Made by a program: the position numbers and the translations under genes. From Eledone cirrhosa (lineage: Eukaryota): a stretch of 64,000 nucleotides of DNA. The stretch lies in the NCBI GenBank assembly GCA_964016885.1, contig OZ024742.1, positions 197,470,001 through 197,534,000 on the forward strand, read 5' to 3'. Below the pieces are notes generated by a model. It was not told the origin of the DNA. It saw only the letters and a program-made list of their open reading frames with translations, and ran no database searches. Below are positions 42,174 to 54,764 of this stretch, piece by piece (positions within the stretch are counted from its first letter, which is position 1; every line of letters begins with the position of its first letter).

Positions 42174-42342
42174 TATACATACATGCACACAGGTACACAT
42201 ACATATATGCACGCATCAGTTTAGCCGACGTTTATTATAACGCAGCTTTGTTCGTTTGTTTGTCAACAAACCGAACAGCCTGAATTTATGCCATACGGTG
42301 TTAAGGCAACCACGTCACCTTTTTGTTCAACACTGACACAGG

Positions 42343-42387
42343 AACGATGTACTAGTTTCAAGCTTGTTAGCTATCATCAGCACCGTT
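42343..42387 (-). ncRNA. Minimal type-I hammerhead ribozyme, second copy
   Basis: - strand AACGGTG CTGATGA TAGCTAACAAGCTT GAAA CTAG TA CATCGTT. Confidence 0.8.
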
Positions 42388-42896
42388 TACCCATCTGCCA
42401 GATAGTTGAACGTTCGAAAGTATATACTTTCCTTATGAAAATTAACGGCTGAGCAGCCTAATTTGCATATTGAGTGAGTTAAATCGGTCAGGCATACCGA
42501 TATATATATATATATATATATATACACAATACTGTAAGGAGAGATTAACACAGTTATATAGATATATGCGTTCACATCACAAGGGATAGAGGTCGCCAGG
42601 GTAAAGAAAACGCTGACTAAAATAGTATGGTTCACAGAACTCAATCAAAAGGATAAATTGAGATATACGAGCCTACAATGATAACTATCATGTACCCGGC
42701 CAGTTTATGGGTAGAACTGTTTCGCAACATTCAGTGAGGAGAATTATTGGGGTAGTGATTTGAACATATATCATGTGTTCGTCTTTCCTTACAGTATTAT
42801 AAGGCTCGGAAAAGTTTTCTCCTTGAGCTATTTTATGGGGACTTTTGTGAGTTTTTAACTCAATATACACTTTTGATATATATATATATATATATA

Positions 42897-43088
42897 TAGG
42901 AGTAAGTAAGACCCCGACGGCTGAGCTCAAGCCGTTTCGACGGCTAATTCTGTACAGAATTAGCCGTCGAAATGGCTTGAGCTCAGCCGTCGGGGTCTTA
43001 CTTACTCCTATTACCCACTCTACTACCCTAAGTATTGAGTACTTTGGTGCGTTATGGTCCACCTGGTTCCTTACCACTTTTCCCTCGC

Positions 43089-43089
<1 letters not shown>
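42897..43089 (+). mobile_element. Palindrome-headed element with hammerhead 3' half, copy 2
   Basis: Palindrome centred at 42953/42954; body homologous to 34150-34229. Confidence 0.8.
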
Positions 43090-43123
<34 letters not shown>

Positions 43124-44020
43124 ATGTGTGTGTGTGTGTGCGTGTGTGTGTGTATGTGTGTGTGCGTGTTTTGTATGTGTGAGTGTGTATACATACGTGT
43201 ATATGTATATATATATATATATGCTTTCTTCCTATCATGTATTATATATAAATATATATATGTGTGTGTGCGTCTGTGTTATCCTGTATTTTATGTGTGT
43301 GTGTGCATACAGTTTTAGTACACTGCTGTGCGTTACTTTTAAGGTATTTAGTCTATATTTTGTTTGTTTGTTGTGTAGCATCAGCTATCATTTTGTCTGT
43401 GTACTTGAAGGATGTGTATTACTAGACTTCCATATGTCACTTTCCTGCTTTCTTTTCATATAAGAGTTTGGAATAATATATCACTAGTGTATAGGTTTCT
43501 GTGTTTGTACATAGGTATGCTTGTGTAGTGTATTATTTGTACATTTGCATATATCACTGACTTGACTTCAACGTCTGTGTATTTGTATACATCCACGCAA
43601 CAAATGTTAGCGATCATTTTCCCGTTCTTTGAACATTGGCTAGGCCAAAATATCGTCTGGTGTTGAGGAAATGTCTGATTAATCAAGTATATTGAAGAAA
43701 AGGGACGTTGCCAACGCTGAAAGACAAGAAGAAGCCATATTGTTTGATGTAGAGTAATGAAACTATTTTTGAAGACAAGTGTACTAAGGAGCCAGCAAAG
43801 ACGACTGGAGATATTGACTGAATGCATTGAACCTTGCTTGTGATATTGAAGAACGAATGAAAGACGGAAAGGAAACAAAGAGAAAATTTGGAAGATATAT
43901 GTTATAAGATTAACTTTGAAACGATAAAAGCGTTGTTGAAGATGAAAGGAGATATAAAGATGATTGTTATCAGAAGACTGTAGAAACTCTGTCTCACGAA
44001 CCTCTCAGAAATAAGTGGTA

Positions 44021-44155
44021 GAAGAAGAAGAAGAAGAAGAAGAAGAAGAAGAAGAAGAAGAAGAAGAAGAAGAAGAAGAAGAAGAAGAAGAAGAAGAAGA
44101 AGAAGAAGAAGAAGAAGAAGAAGAAGAAGAAGAAGAAGAAGAAGAACAAGAAGAA
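44021..44155 (+). repeat. (GAA)n microsatellite, possibly the tail of a decayed LINE at 43600-44015
   Basis: Direct reading; the LINE link is tentative. Confidence 0.9.
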
Positions 44156-44439
44156 CGTACTAGATATATCGTGTCCGAAAATATGACGGGATGGTCACAG
44201 TTGAAACGCTGATAATCACAGCTGAGATGAGGCTAACCAATAATAAATTAGCGAGCTCCTACACAGTCACTTGACTTACTAAAAATAGCAGGAAAATCTC
44301 CTTCATTCCATACCCTATCTTTTAAAATGAACATATTGGCTACTTTAGTCCAATACATACTATGTCTGAAAATAAGTTGAGATTGTCGCAGTTGAAACAC
44401 AGTTGATCATAGATCTACTCGATCAGATCTGACCTGGGT

Positions 44440-44720
44440 CTCACTCACTCACGAGTCGAGTCGAGTTTCCTCGATCCAGTGAACAGTACTCTTTTCATTT
44501 GTCTCGATCTAGCACTATCATTCCAAGACCCGTTAAATTTACTCCCGTGTCAGCATATCCAGATACATTGTTGCAGGACGACCTCTACTTCTATGACTGT
44601 GCGCAGGCTTCCAAAAAAGAACATGGCTGACGCACTCGTCTTTTGCCCTGCAACTATATCCCGCAAAATGCATCCTTCTTTGATGAACGATATCCGACAC
44701 GGGAGAACTATCCAGGTAAA
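44440..44720 (-). mobile_element. RTE-like 3' fragment with (GTGA)n tail
   Basis: - strand VSDIVHQRRMHFAGYSCRAKDECVSHVLFWKP..HRSRGRPATMYLD. Confidence 0.75.
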
Positions 44721-45867
44721 GTTCTTAGTCTTTTTTTTTTAGGGTTTTATTAAGCGCCCATGTTTCCGACCCGTAGAGTAACATATTTTCAACTACGGCT
44801 AATCCTCAAGAGAGATTATTGCCATATTTTGTTAATTTTGATAAGGCTTTTCTGGTGTTGGTTTCTTTTTTCTATTGACGAGATCCATGCTCTGAGATAT
44901 TTGAAATCAGAAACATCTTCAATAGGATTAACTGCAAACACTTTACAAACCTGCAACTGAATAAGGAGATTAATAAGAGAGGTCTGAGAAAATTTCCAAG
45001 AATATTTAATCAGAAAATCAAAACATCCGTATTTGATTCTAGGCTTGCTGTTGAATTATTACATTATTTTGTCAGAATCATTCCATCACAAAATATTTCG
45101 TGTACTTAAATGTTTCAGCGTCTGATTATTTGATAAAATAATTTTAATACATTTTAATTATTTTCAGATGATGTTCTATTGCAGTAAAATCACATTTGTT
45201 TAAAAACTTTTGCTAATACACATTAAAATAAATATAAATAGATTTGTCAAAATGAAAGTCATCTGCTTAAAATTATTTCATAGTACAACGGCAGACTATG
45301 AGAAAGAAAAACACCTCATTTTGCCTTTTTGGCAAACATTTGATTTAGATAGAGGGCCTATGAATATGTTTCGTTTTTGCTTGTTAGCTGTTGCTGTTTT
45401 TTGTGTTGTTTATTTAATTATTTATTAGTTGTTTTTAGAAGGGGTGGGGGGGGGGGGGTCTAAGGATTACATGCTTCTATTTCAGTGCCACTTTGAGAAG
45501 GCCTGAACTGATCTGTTTCAAATTTTACAGATACGTACTGATAGCGAGGAATCTGCAGGGTAAAAGTTGTCGCCTGTTCCATTTACCAGAGCTCTTGTTG
45601 TTATGTAAGTCGTTGTTGTTGTTGTTGTTGTTGTAGGAGTTGTTGTTGAATATGATGTTGTTTAGTCGTAGGTCAATCTTGATCAATGTAGGTCAGTACT
45701 ACATGATCCAATATGTACTTTTAACATTGTAGGATGTGCTTTGAAGGAAGTTTGATATTTTTAGCAGCTTGACCTACCGTGCAGAGGTCCTTCAGTTGAC
45801 TGGTTTCAGGATGTACATATAGGGGACAATAATAACATTCCAATTGTCCTCTTGTATCTTAAATCTC

Positions 45868-46022
45868 AGGCAGCGAATTAGCAGAGTTTTTAGAACAACG
45901 GATAGAGTGCTTAGCGGTATTTGTTCCGACTCTCTGCTCTTTGAGTTCAAATCCCGCTGAGGTCAACTTTGCAATTCATCCATTCGATGTCGATAAAGAA
46001 AACTACCATAGTATTAGGATCG
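45868..46022 (+). mobile_element. tRNA-derived SINE, degenerate
   Basis: GAGTTCAAATCCCGCTGAGGTCAACTTTGC..TTCATCC. Confidence 0.7.
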
Positions 46023-47522
46023 ATACTTCCTTCTATGTGTCTTTCTCACTTCCATTCTTTCGCTCTCTATCCTTTTCTGGAAGAAATCTGCTGTATTCAG
46101 ACCTAGAAAGGAGATGATCTCCATCGAGTTTAAAGGTGCCCATATATTAATATGGTGTCTTTACCAATCCCTCAGGAATTACGAGACCATGCATCTTAAA
46201 TGTCGAAAAGGTAGTCATGACAAATAACATTTTCTATACTCTGGTTAACCTAGGGTTAAATAGCAACATGCTAAGCCATGAGGAGGATTAGACTAGAAGT
46301 TATATTTCTCATCTATTGCAACCTCTCACAAAAGCTCTTGTTTTATTCCAAAGCCCGAGCAGAATGACTTGTAAAATAGTAAACATAGTAATGACATTAT
46401 TGTAAAGGTTACATTCTGTGGATATCGATGTAAAGGAGAGGAGGCAGTAGTATGTTTATACAATAGAAAACTCGGCTATATTTCTGTCGAAATAAACGAC
46501 ATTGTTTATCTGTGCGTGTACAGATGTGTTAGAGAGACGCGCCTCTGTGTTTAATAACAAATATGTGTGAGAGCACGTGCATATGTACATGTATAACTTC
46601 GTATGTTTTACAATAATCTATCTTTAGGAATGGATGTATAAACATCCAACTGTTTATACCAGAAGAATACTCTCGCTCACATGGTTTACTTGCTTGTACT
46701 TGTGATGGCGTTCATCCGATTCCATCAAAGGAATTCACTGTGTAAGTACATTTCAATCGAGTTACTTCGGGCGATTGGTTTTAGAAGCGGTGCCCAGCCG
46801 CAAGTATATGTATTTTATGATAGTGCATTCCAAGCATTGCATCAGTTATAGTGCCGACTTCTCGCTTTCATATGCAACACAATTTGGCGGAGCCTGTACC
46901 GTGACTGGGACGTATGGGAAGGAGTTTGGTCGGCATAGGTGATAAACACAACATATTTGAGCCATTTTGTAGCCCAGCTGGACCTCACCACACTGCCCAA
47001 CTTAGGCATACCGACCCTCAGCACCTGGACATCCATCATCCTAAACATGACTGGACATCTATCATCATGAACATTCTAGATATCCATTACCTAACGCCTG
47101 TTTGTTTTAGGTTAGAAGCTGTTAATAATGGTGGCAAAAAAAAAAACGTCTTCAGGCTGTTAACCTCAACTTTACTGTTATCTGAATATTTTTGCTGTTA
47201 TTTGGCTTTTTTGTAAAACAATGTTCCAATGGCGTTGTCTCATAAAACTATAACTACGTTATAACCTTGAATGTAAATAGAAGTTCAACTCCGATGTATG
47301 TATATGTATGTATGCATGTATGTATGTATATATGTATGTATGTATGTATGTTTATATGTTTGTATGTATGTGTATTCAACTCCGACTCGAATACACATAC
47401 ATACAAACATATAAACATACATACATACATACGTACATACATACATACATACATACATACATACATACATACATACATACATACATACATACATACATAC
47501 ATACATGTGTATATACATATTT

Positions 47523-47656
47523 ACACACTTTTGGATGGCCGTTGACTCTTATGAGTTCTTCCGCCTTTGTCATGTTTTGTTTTTTGTCCTGCAGGGTGTC
47601 CAAATTCAACCTCCTCACGAAGTAAACTTGGTGAGGTTGCCGGTTTAGTCGCCGAC
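47523..47656 (-). mobile_element. RTE family-1 5' leader fragment
   Basis: Matches 24397-24531 and 61672-61804. Confidence 0.8.
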
Positions 47657-47667
47657 ATACATACATA

Positions 47668-50118
47668 TCGGAGGTATCTTACTGACCTCCACCAAGAAGT
47701 TCTTAAGGGAGATACACTTATACCAGAATAGTTGACATTAGCACAAACATTACTGCTCCCCAAGAAAAAAGACACCCACTTGGCAAAAAACTACCGACCC
47801 ATTGCATGCCAGAACCTGATGTATAAGATGTATACAGCCAGCCTGAACCTATTCCTCCAAGATTACTGTGAAAATAATAACATCATCACAGATGAACAAG
47901 CAGCTGGAAAGAAAGGAGTTTGGGGATGTGCTGAACAACTCCTAATCAACAAAACTGCGATGTCGGAGGTGCGAGAACTTAGGAGGAATATGGCTACAGT
48001 CTGGCTGGACTACAAGAAAGCTTTCGATTCTGTTCCCCACTCTTGGATGATAGAGGCCCTCCAGCTTGTTAAAGTCCCAGGACATTATTATCAGAGCCAT
48101 AGAGAAGCTGTCTCCTAAGGTTAAAGACAGAGAGGGAGGACTCTATTTTCACTGATAAAATAAAATATCGCAGGGGTATATTTCAGGGAGACTGTCTCTC
48201 TGTGATATTATTCATCCTGTCATTAAACCCCTTGTCAAAATCCTGCTCAAGAAATGTGAAGGATACATCATTGACTCACATGAGGACAGAAATACGAACC
48301 TAACCCATAATTTCTTTGTGGATGATCTGAAACTCTATGCCAAGAACATGGATGGGATAAAGAAAAATCTTGACCTGGTTACAACGTTCTCAAAGGATAT
48401 AGGAATGGAGTTTGGCCAAGATAAATGCTCATATATGACTGTAAAGCGGGGGAAAACAACAACCCAATCTAGCAACATTGTCATCAATGGCCTAACTGTT
48501 TCAGCGATATCTGATGAGAACTGCTACAGATACCTGGGGATAGATGGGAACTTATCCTATAATGGTATCTGTAATAAGGAACGCGTAACCAGGGAATACT
48601 ACACCCAATTAAGAAAGATTTGGTCATCGGAACTGTCTGCGCAAAACAAAACAGTGGCTCACGATGTGTTTGCTGTGCCTGTCCTAACACCAACGTTTGG
48701 AATACTCAATTGGACGATAGACGAAATCCGAGCGATTGATGTTGGAACTCGAAAAATACTAAACAACACCGGAAACTTCCACATCAACAGTGACATCGAC
48801 CACCTTTACATGAAACGTAAGCAGAGAGGCAGAGGCCTAACATCAGACCAGACATCATTTGAATGTCGCATCATATCTCTCCGACATCATTGATGAACCT
48901 CGAAGCGTAGGAGCCCGTCTCTCGAGCATGTCTATCTGCATGAAACAGATAAGATCATGAGAATTGGGAAGGAACTCCTCGAGAGATATTCCCTGTGTGA
49001 TAATCATAAGCTCACACCCAGGGAAGTCGCTCAGCAGTATCGCAGTGAATCCATGGATGAAAAACTGCATGCTTTTCAGCAAAAAATCATGCATGGATAT
49101 GTTGCCAGGAAGCTCCAGAGTGAGAGTAATATAGATAAGGAAAGTAGTCTATCTTGGACCAACAACCGCTATATTGGCTCCCACTTTGAAGGATACGCTT
49201 TTGCAATCCAAGAACAGGAAATTAACACGAAATACCTGATTCACAAGAGAGATAGGGATGCAGGCAAAACACCTAAATGTGATAACAAGTGCAAACTCTG
49301 CAGAATTAACATCGAAGATATCACCCATGTCATCAGCAGCTGTCCAAAGATGTCATCGCGGTACTATCTACCTATTAGGCATGATATAGTGGCCAAAACA
49401 CTGTACAATGCAATCCGTAAAAAAGATAGCCCCGATAATAAACACATTAAAAGCTACAGCAATGCGGAAGACATCCATGTTCATAATATGTAAGAGTACT
49501 GGTGGAATGTTCCTGTAAATACCCCCAATAAAATACAGGCATAACAGACCAGATATTATGATATGGGACAGGGTAAAGAAAGCATGCACAGTAGTGGAAA
49601 TTAGCTGCCCAGCAGATGCCAATGTAATATCAAAGATTAGCGAAAAGGAGAATATTTATGCAGAACTGATGAGAAATCTGCAGATACTCCACCCCGATTA
49701 CACCTTCAGATTTATGCCTGTGATTGTTGGGGCACTAGAGTATGTTAGTAAATGCCTCAATACAAATCACGAGAAGCTAGGCTTCACAGGAACAGAAATA
49801 ACACAACTAGTTAGGAAATTACAAGTCCAATCCATTAATGGAACAGTAAAAATATGTAAAACATTCCAGACATTTTGCATCTAATAACTGCATTTACACA
49901 TGTACAGATGAAAAGCATATACACATGAACACATACACCTCAGAACATACACATCCACAGATACAATAACATCCATAACTACACATGCATGCATGCAGAC
50001 ATACATATCTACCTAGTTGATGTTGTGTAAATTCCAATGAGATAGTCTTGTGTCTATGTTAGAAACCGACTGTCTCTCTATTGGGAAAAAATTTGTGAAA
50101 TTATAAAACCAGAAGAAC
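47668..50118 (+). mobile_element. RLE non-LTR retrotransposon family A, copy 1, 5'-truncated, in (CATA)n
   Basis: NYRPIAC, DYKKAFD, IFQGD, FVDDLK and YLG; CKLC...HVISSC, RHD and PDI...EISCP; ends AAAACCAGAAGAA(CATA)n. Confidence 0.9.
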
Positions 50119-50130
50119 ATACATACATAC

Positions 50131-50161
<31 letters not shown>

Positions 50162-50215
50162 CATACATACATACATACATACATACATACATACATACAT
50201 ACATACATACATACA

Positions 50216-52234
50216 TGCACTCTTGGATGATAGAGGCCCTCCAACTTGCTAAAGTCCCAGACATTATTGTCAGAGCCATAGAGAAGCTGTCTTCTTCTTG
50301 GGCTACTATCCTAAGGTTAAAGACAGAGAGGGAGGACTCTATTTTCACTGATAAAATAAAATATCGCAGGGGTATATTTCAGGGAGACAGTCTCTCTGTG
50401 ATATTATTCATCTTGTCATTAAACCCCTTGTCCTTTCTGCTCAAGAAATGTGAGGGATAAATCATTGGCTCACGGGAGGACAGAAATACGAACCTAACCC
50501 ATTTCTTTGTGGACGATCTGAAACTCTATGCCAAGAACATGGATGGGATGAAGAAAAATCTTGACCTGGTTACAACGTTCTCAAAGGATATAGGAATGGA
50601 GTTTGGCCAAGATAAATGCTCATATATGACTGTAAAGCGGGGAAAAACAAAAACCCAATCTAGCAACATTGTCATCAATGGCCTAACTGTTTCACCGATA
50701 TCTGATGAGAACTGCTACAGATACCAGGGGATAGATGGGAACTTATCCTATAATGGTATCTGTAATAAGGAACGCGTAACCAGGGAATACTACACCCGAT
50801 TAAGAAAGATTTGGTCATCGGAACTGTCTGCGCAAAACAAAACAGTGGCTCACAATGTGTTTGCTGTGCCTGTCCTAACACCAACGTTTGGAATACTCAA
50901 TTGGACGATAGATGAAATCCGAGCAGTTGATGTTGGAATTCGAAAAATACTAAACAACACCGGAAACTTCCACATCAACAGTGACATCGACCGCCTTTAC
51001 ATGAAACGTAAGCAGAGAGGCAGAGGCCTAACATCAGACCAGACATCATTTGAATGTCGCATCATATCTCTCCGACATCATTGACGAACCTCGAAGCGTA
51101 GGAGCCCGTCTCTCGAGCATGTCTATCTGCATGAAACAGATAAAATCATGAGAATTGGGAAGGAACTCCTCGAGAGATATTCCCTGTGTGATAATCAAAA
51201 ACTCACACCCAGGGAAGTCGCTCAGCAGTATCGCAGTGAATCCATGGATGAAAAACTGCATGCTTTTCAGCAAAAAATCATGCATGGATATGTTGCCAGG
51301 AAGCTCCAAAGTGAGAGTAATATAGATAAGGAAAGTAGTCTATCTTGGACCAACAACCGCTATATTGGCTCCCACTTTGAAGGATACGCTTTTGCAATCC
51401 AAGAACAGGAAATTAACACGAAATACCTGATGTGATAACAAGTGCAGACTCTGCAGAACGAACATCGAAGATATCACCCATGTCATCAGCAGCTGGTACT
51501 ATCTACCTATGAGGCTATCTACCTATGAGGCATGATGTAGTAGCCAAAACACTGTACAATGCAATCCGTAAAAAAGATAATAAACACATTAAAATCTACA
51601 GCAATGTGGAAAACATCCACGTACATAATATGAAAGAATACTGGTGGAATGTTCCAGTAAAAACCCCAATAAAATGAAGGCATAACAGACCAGATATTAT
51701 GATATGGGACAGGGTAAAGAAAGCATGCACAGTAGTGGAAATTAGCTGCCCAGCAGATGCCAATGTAATATCAAAGATTAGGGAAAAGGAGAATATTTAT
51801 GCAGAACTGATGAGAAATCTGCAGATACTCCACCCTGATTACACCTTCAGATTTATGCCTGTGATTGTTGGGGCACTGGGCTATGTTAGTAACTGCCTCA
51901 AAACAAATCTTGAGAAGCTAGGCTTCACAGGAACAGAGAGAACACAACTAGTTAGGAAATTACAAGTACAATCCATTAATGGAACAGTAAAAATATATAA
52001 AACATTCCAAAAATGTTGCATCTAATAACTGCATTTACACATGTACAGATACAAAGCATATACACATGCACACATACAACTCAAAACATCCATATCCACA
52101 CATACAATAACATCCATATCTACATGCATGCATGCATACATAATCTACCTAGTTGATGTTGTGTAAATTCCAATGTTAGAAACCGACTCTCTCCCTATTG
52201 GGAAACCATTTGTGAAATTATAAAACCAGAAGAA
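50216..52234 (+). mobile_element. RLE family A, copy 2, head-to-tail with copy 1
   Basis: Near-identical ORF pieces 50215-50460, 50509-51084, 51148-51435 and 51699-52025; same 3' end. Confidence 0.9.
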
Positions 52235-52294
52235 CATACATATATACATACATGCAGTCATTCATATTTACATATATACATGCATGAATGTACA

Positions 52295-53922
52295 TGTTAA
52301 TTGCTACTTCTTGTCTGAAGAGTGCAATCCATTCATTGAACATTGCATGGTCAGGTTCATGCAGGTGACTTTTCAAACCCACTTTTGTTTTGCAGGCACA
52401 TTCACAGATGTGACACTTGAACTGTCTGTCTCCTGGTAAAACCATGTCTGGTCAGTCCACCATCTGATTTGCAAGTTAGGCACTCACTGCAAATGTATCG
52501 TCGAGTTTGTGGTTGTAGAACCATCTCACAAGGGCTAGATTTCTCCCCGGCTCGTGTGATTTCAGAAGGTTGACAAATCCAGCTCTTGTTAGGAGAAATC
52601 GGCCACATACATTGCACCTCAATTCCTGCTGGATATTTGCATGTATTGCACTTGAACCCTGCTTACGAAATGAACGTTTCAAAACAGCATGCTCCACTCA
52701 TATTTGATAATCTTTCTCCGTGATGTACGGCCTTCGGCCAGTCTCTCCCAGTTCTCTATATCAATCTTCAGAGCTTTAAAATTGTCTTTTATGACATCCT
52801 TAAACCGCTTCTTTGGTTTATGCTGTGGCCTTTGCCCACAGGTCAGCTCCCCATAAAATAACTATTTAGGCAGCTCCTCATACAATAATTGTTTAGGCAG
52901 CCCTCCATCTTCCATCCTTTAATATCTCGTTGATAGTTGACCTTATCTCATCAAGGGTTGGATCATTCCTCACCTCTGTAACAGTCTCCCTTTGCAGCAG
53001 TCCATAAATAATTTCCTCCTCAACTACAGATGGATTGTCAAACAGATCTTTAGAGTGTTCAGTCCACCAACTCATGTTACTTGATGGATCTTTGATGAGA
53101 ACATTCCCATCTTTTGACTTTCGTGGTGCCATTTTTTATGATTGTGGACCCAAAACCTACCTTATTGTGCTGTAGAGTACCTTCAGATCTGTAGTTATAA
53201 GCCCTCTGCATCTCTGCTGAAACTTCAGACCACCAGTTCTTTATCTTTCATGTTTTACTTTGCAGTTTTAATTTGCTTCTTTGAAGGTTTTCTCAAAAGT
53301 TGTCTTCACTAGACCCTCTGCAACAAGACACTTCTCATACAGCTTGTTCTTTTCTTCAATGAGCATGGTGATTGCAGCATCATTGTCATCGAACCAGTCT
53401 CTGTGTTTTGTTCTCTTAAGACCAAGTACATCAGCCCCAACACTATAAACTTGTGTTCTAAACTATTCCCAAGTTCCATCAAAGACGATGTTGTCCAGTG
53501 CATTTTGAAGAGCATCTCGCATTTCTACACTCTGCAGTTTTGACACATCAAAACGTTTTGGCGTTTGTCCTCAATTTTCTTCAGATTTCCCACGTACAAG
53601 TTTGTGGTCTGTACCACATTCTGCACCGTGCATAACACTTAGACAGCAGATATCATATATTGCATATGACCAGCTCAAACTCAGTGCAAAGGAAGAGCAT
53701 TGCCCATGTCGTGACGTCCTAAAACGCTCCATATGTGCTCGTTTCCAATACATGCATCAACATCTCCAAAAGCAAGATCTTATCCAAATGTGGAATTGAT
53801 GCGTCCCCTTGCAAAAGGGACTCTTAGGTGCATGATTCGATCACTTATGCCTTGTGGTTGTTCCAGTCATTTTGTGATCTTTGTCTGGACAGAAAAACCT
53901 ACTCCTCCATTCCTTTTCTCCC
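52295..53922 (-). mobile_element. Highly degenerate RTE with C2H2 remnants
   Basis: GAECGTDHKLV, RKSKDG, CNVCGR and CHICEC..K.GLKSH fragments. Confidence 0.75.
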
Positions 53923-53987
53923 CATACATACGTACATACATACATACATACATACATACATACATACATACATACATACATACATAC

Positions 53988-54600
53988 ATGGTGGTGGCTG
54001 CCAACTCATTTTCGAGTACGGCCACTACTTTATATCCATGTAGGAGAACCCCTACCGATGCGCTGAACGAGTGTGACTTTTTTATCCAGCCAGCGACTTG
54101 AAAGCTCTGGTACAAACACTACACTTGTGACAACTATTGACACATAGTGCTGGGCCCATGGTACCCGGTGACGACAAGTGCAGAGAGATCTCCAGATATA
54201 AAGCAATGCCTGTGCCGTGAAGCTTTTATAGTGAGCAAAGGCACTGCACAAAGCCAGTCCCACTCTCTTAACCAAGATGATATTTACCAAAAAGAAGAAC
54301 AAGTCAACATCATTGGATACCATCAGAGTTGCAGGTGTTATATCAGAGTTTTCCTTCTCCTAGAATTCTGCCTTGACAAAGGCTAAGGGGTCATCTCTCC
54401 CGGTAATTTTGGATTGCCATTGACTCTTAAGAGCTCCTTTGCCCTTTGACAGGTTTTGTTTTTAGTCCTGCAGGATGTCCAAAATCACCCTCCTCATCAA
54501 GAAACCTTGGTGGGGTTGCCAGTTTAGTCGCCAACGACCCGACCATGAGACAGGTTGTACTGGGATACATGTTACCAGTAGCACCAACTGGTGACCTGAC
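53988..54600 (-). mobile_element. Bipartite non-autonomous RTE derivative (family 2)
   Basis: Shares the 5' leader with families 1 and 3; 3' end CTCGAAAATGAGTTGGCAGCCACC(ATGT)n; further copies at 60252-60657 and 62728-63193, 3' fragment at 31905-31970. Confidence 0.8.
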
Positions 54601-54764
54601 ATACATACATACATAATGGCATACATACATACATACATACATACATACATACATACATGCATACATGCATACATGCATACATACATACATACATACATAC
54701 ATACATACATACATACATACATACATACATACATACATACATACATACATACATACATACATAC

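Noticed and set aside
44479-44742. Plus-strand ORF with AG...GT boundaries as a host exon
   Set aside because: The minus strand translates to a typical RTE RT C-terminus with a tandem-repeat tail
45486-45604. Possible exon (TTTCAG...GTAAGT) with one open frame
   Set aside because: No recognisable protein motif and no supporting neighbouring exons; needs RNA-seq
46842-47216. Short ORFs in unique-looking sequence
   Set aside because: No recognisable homology; lengths are compatible with chance
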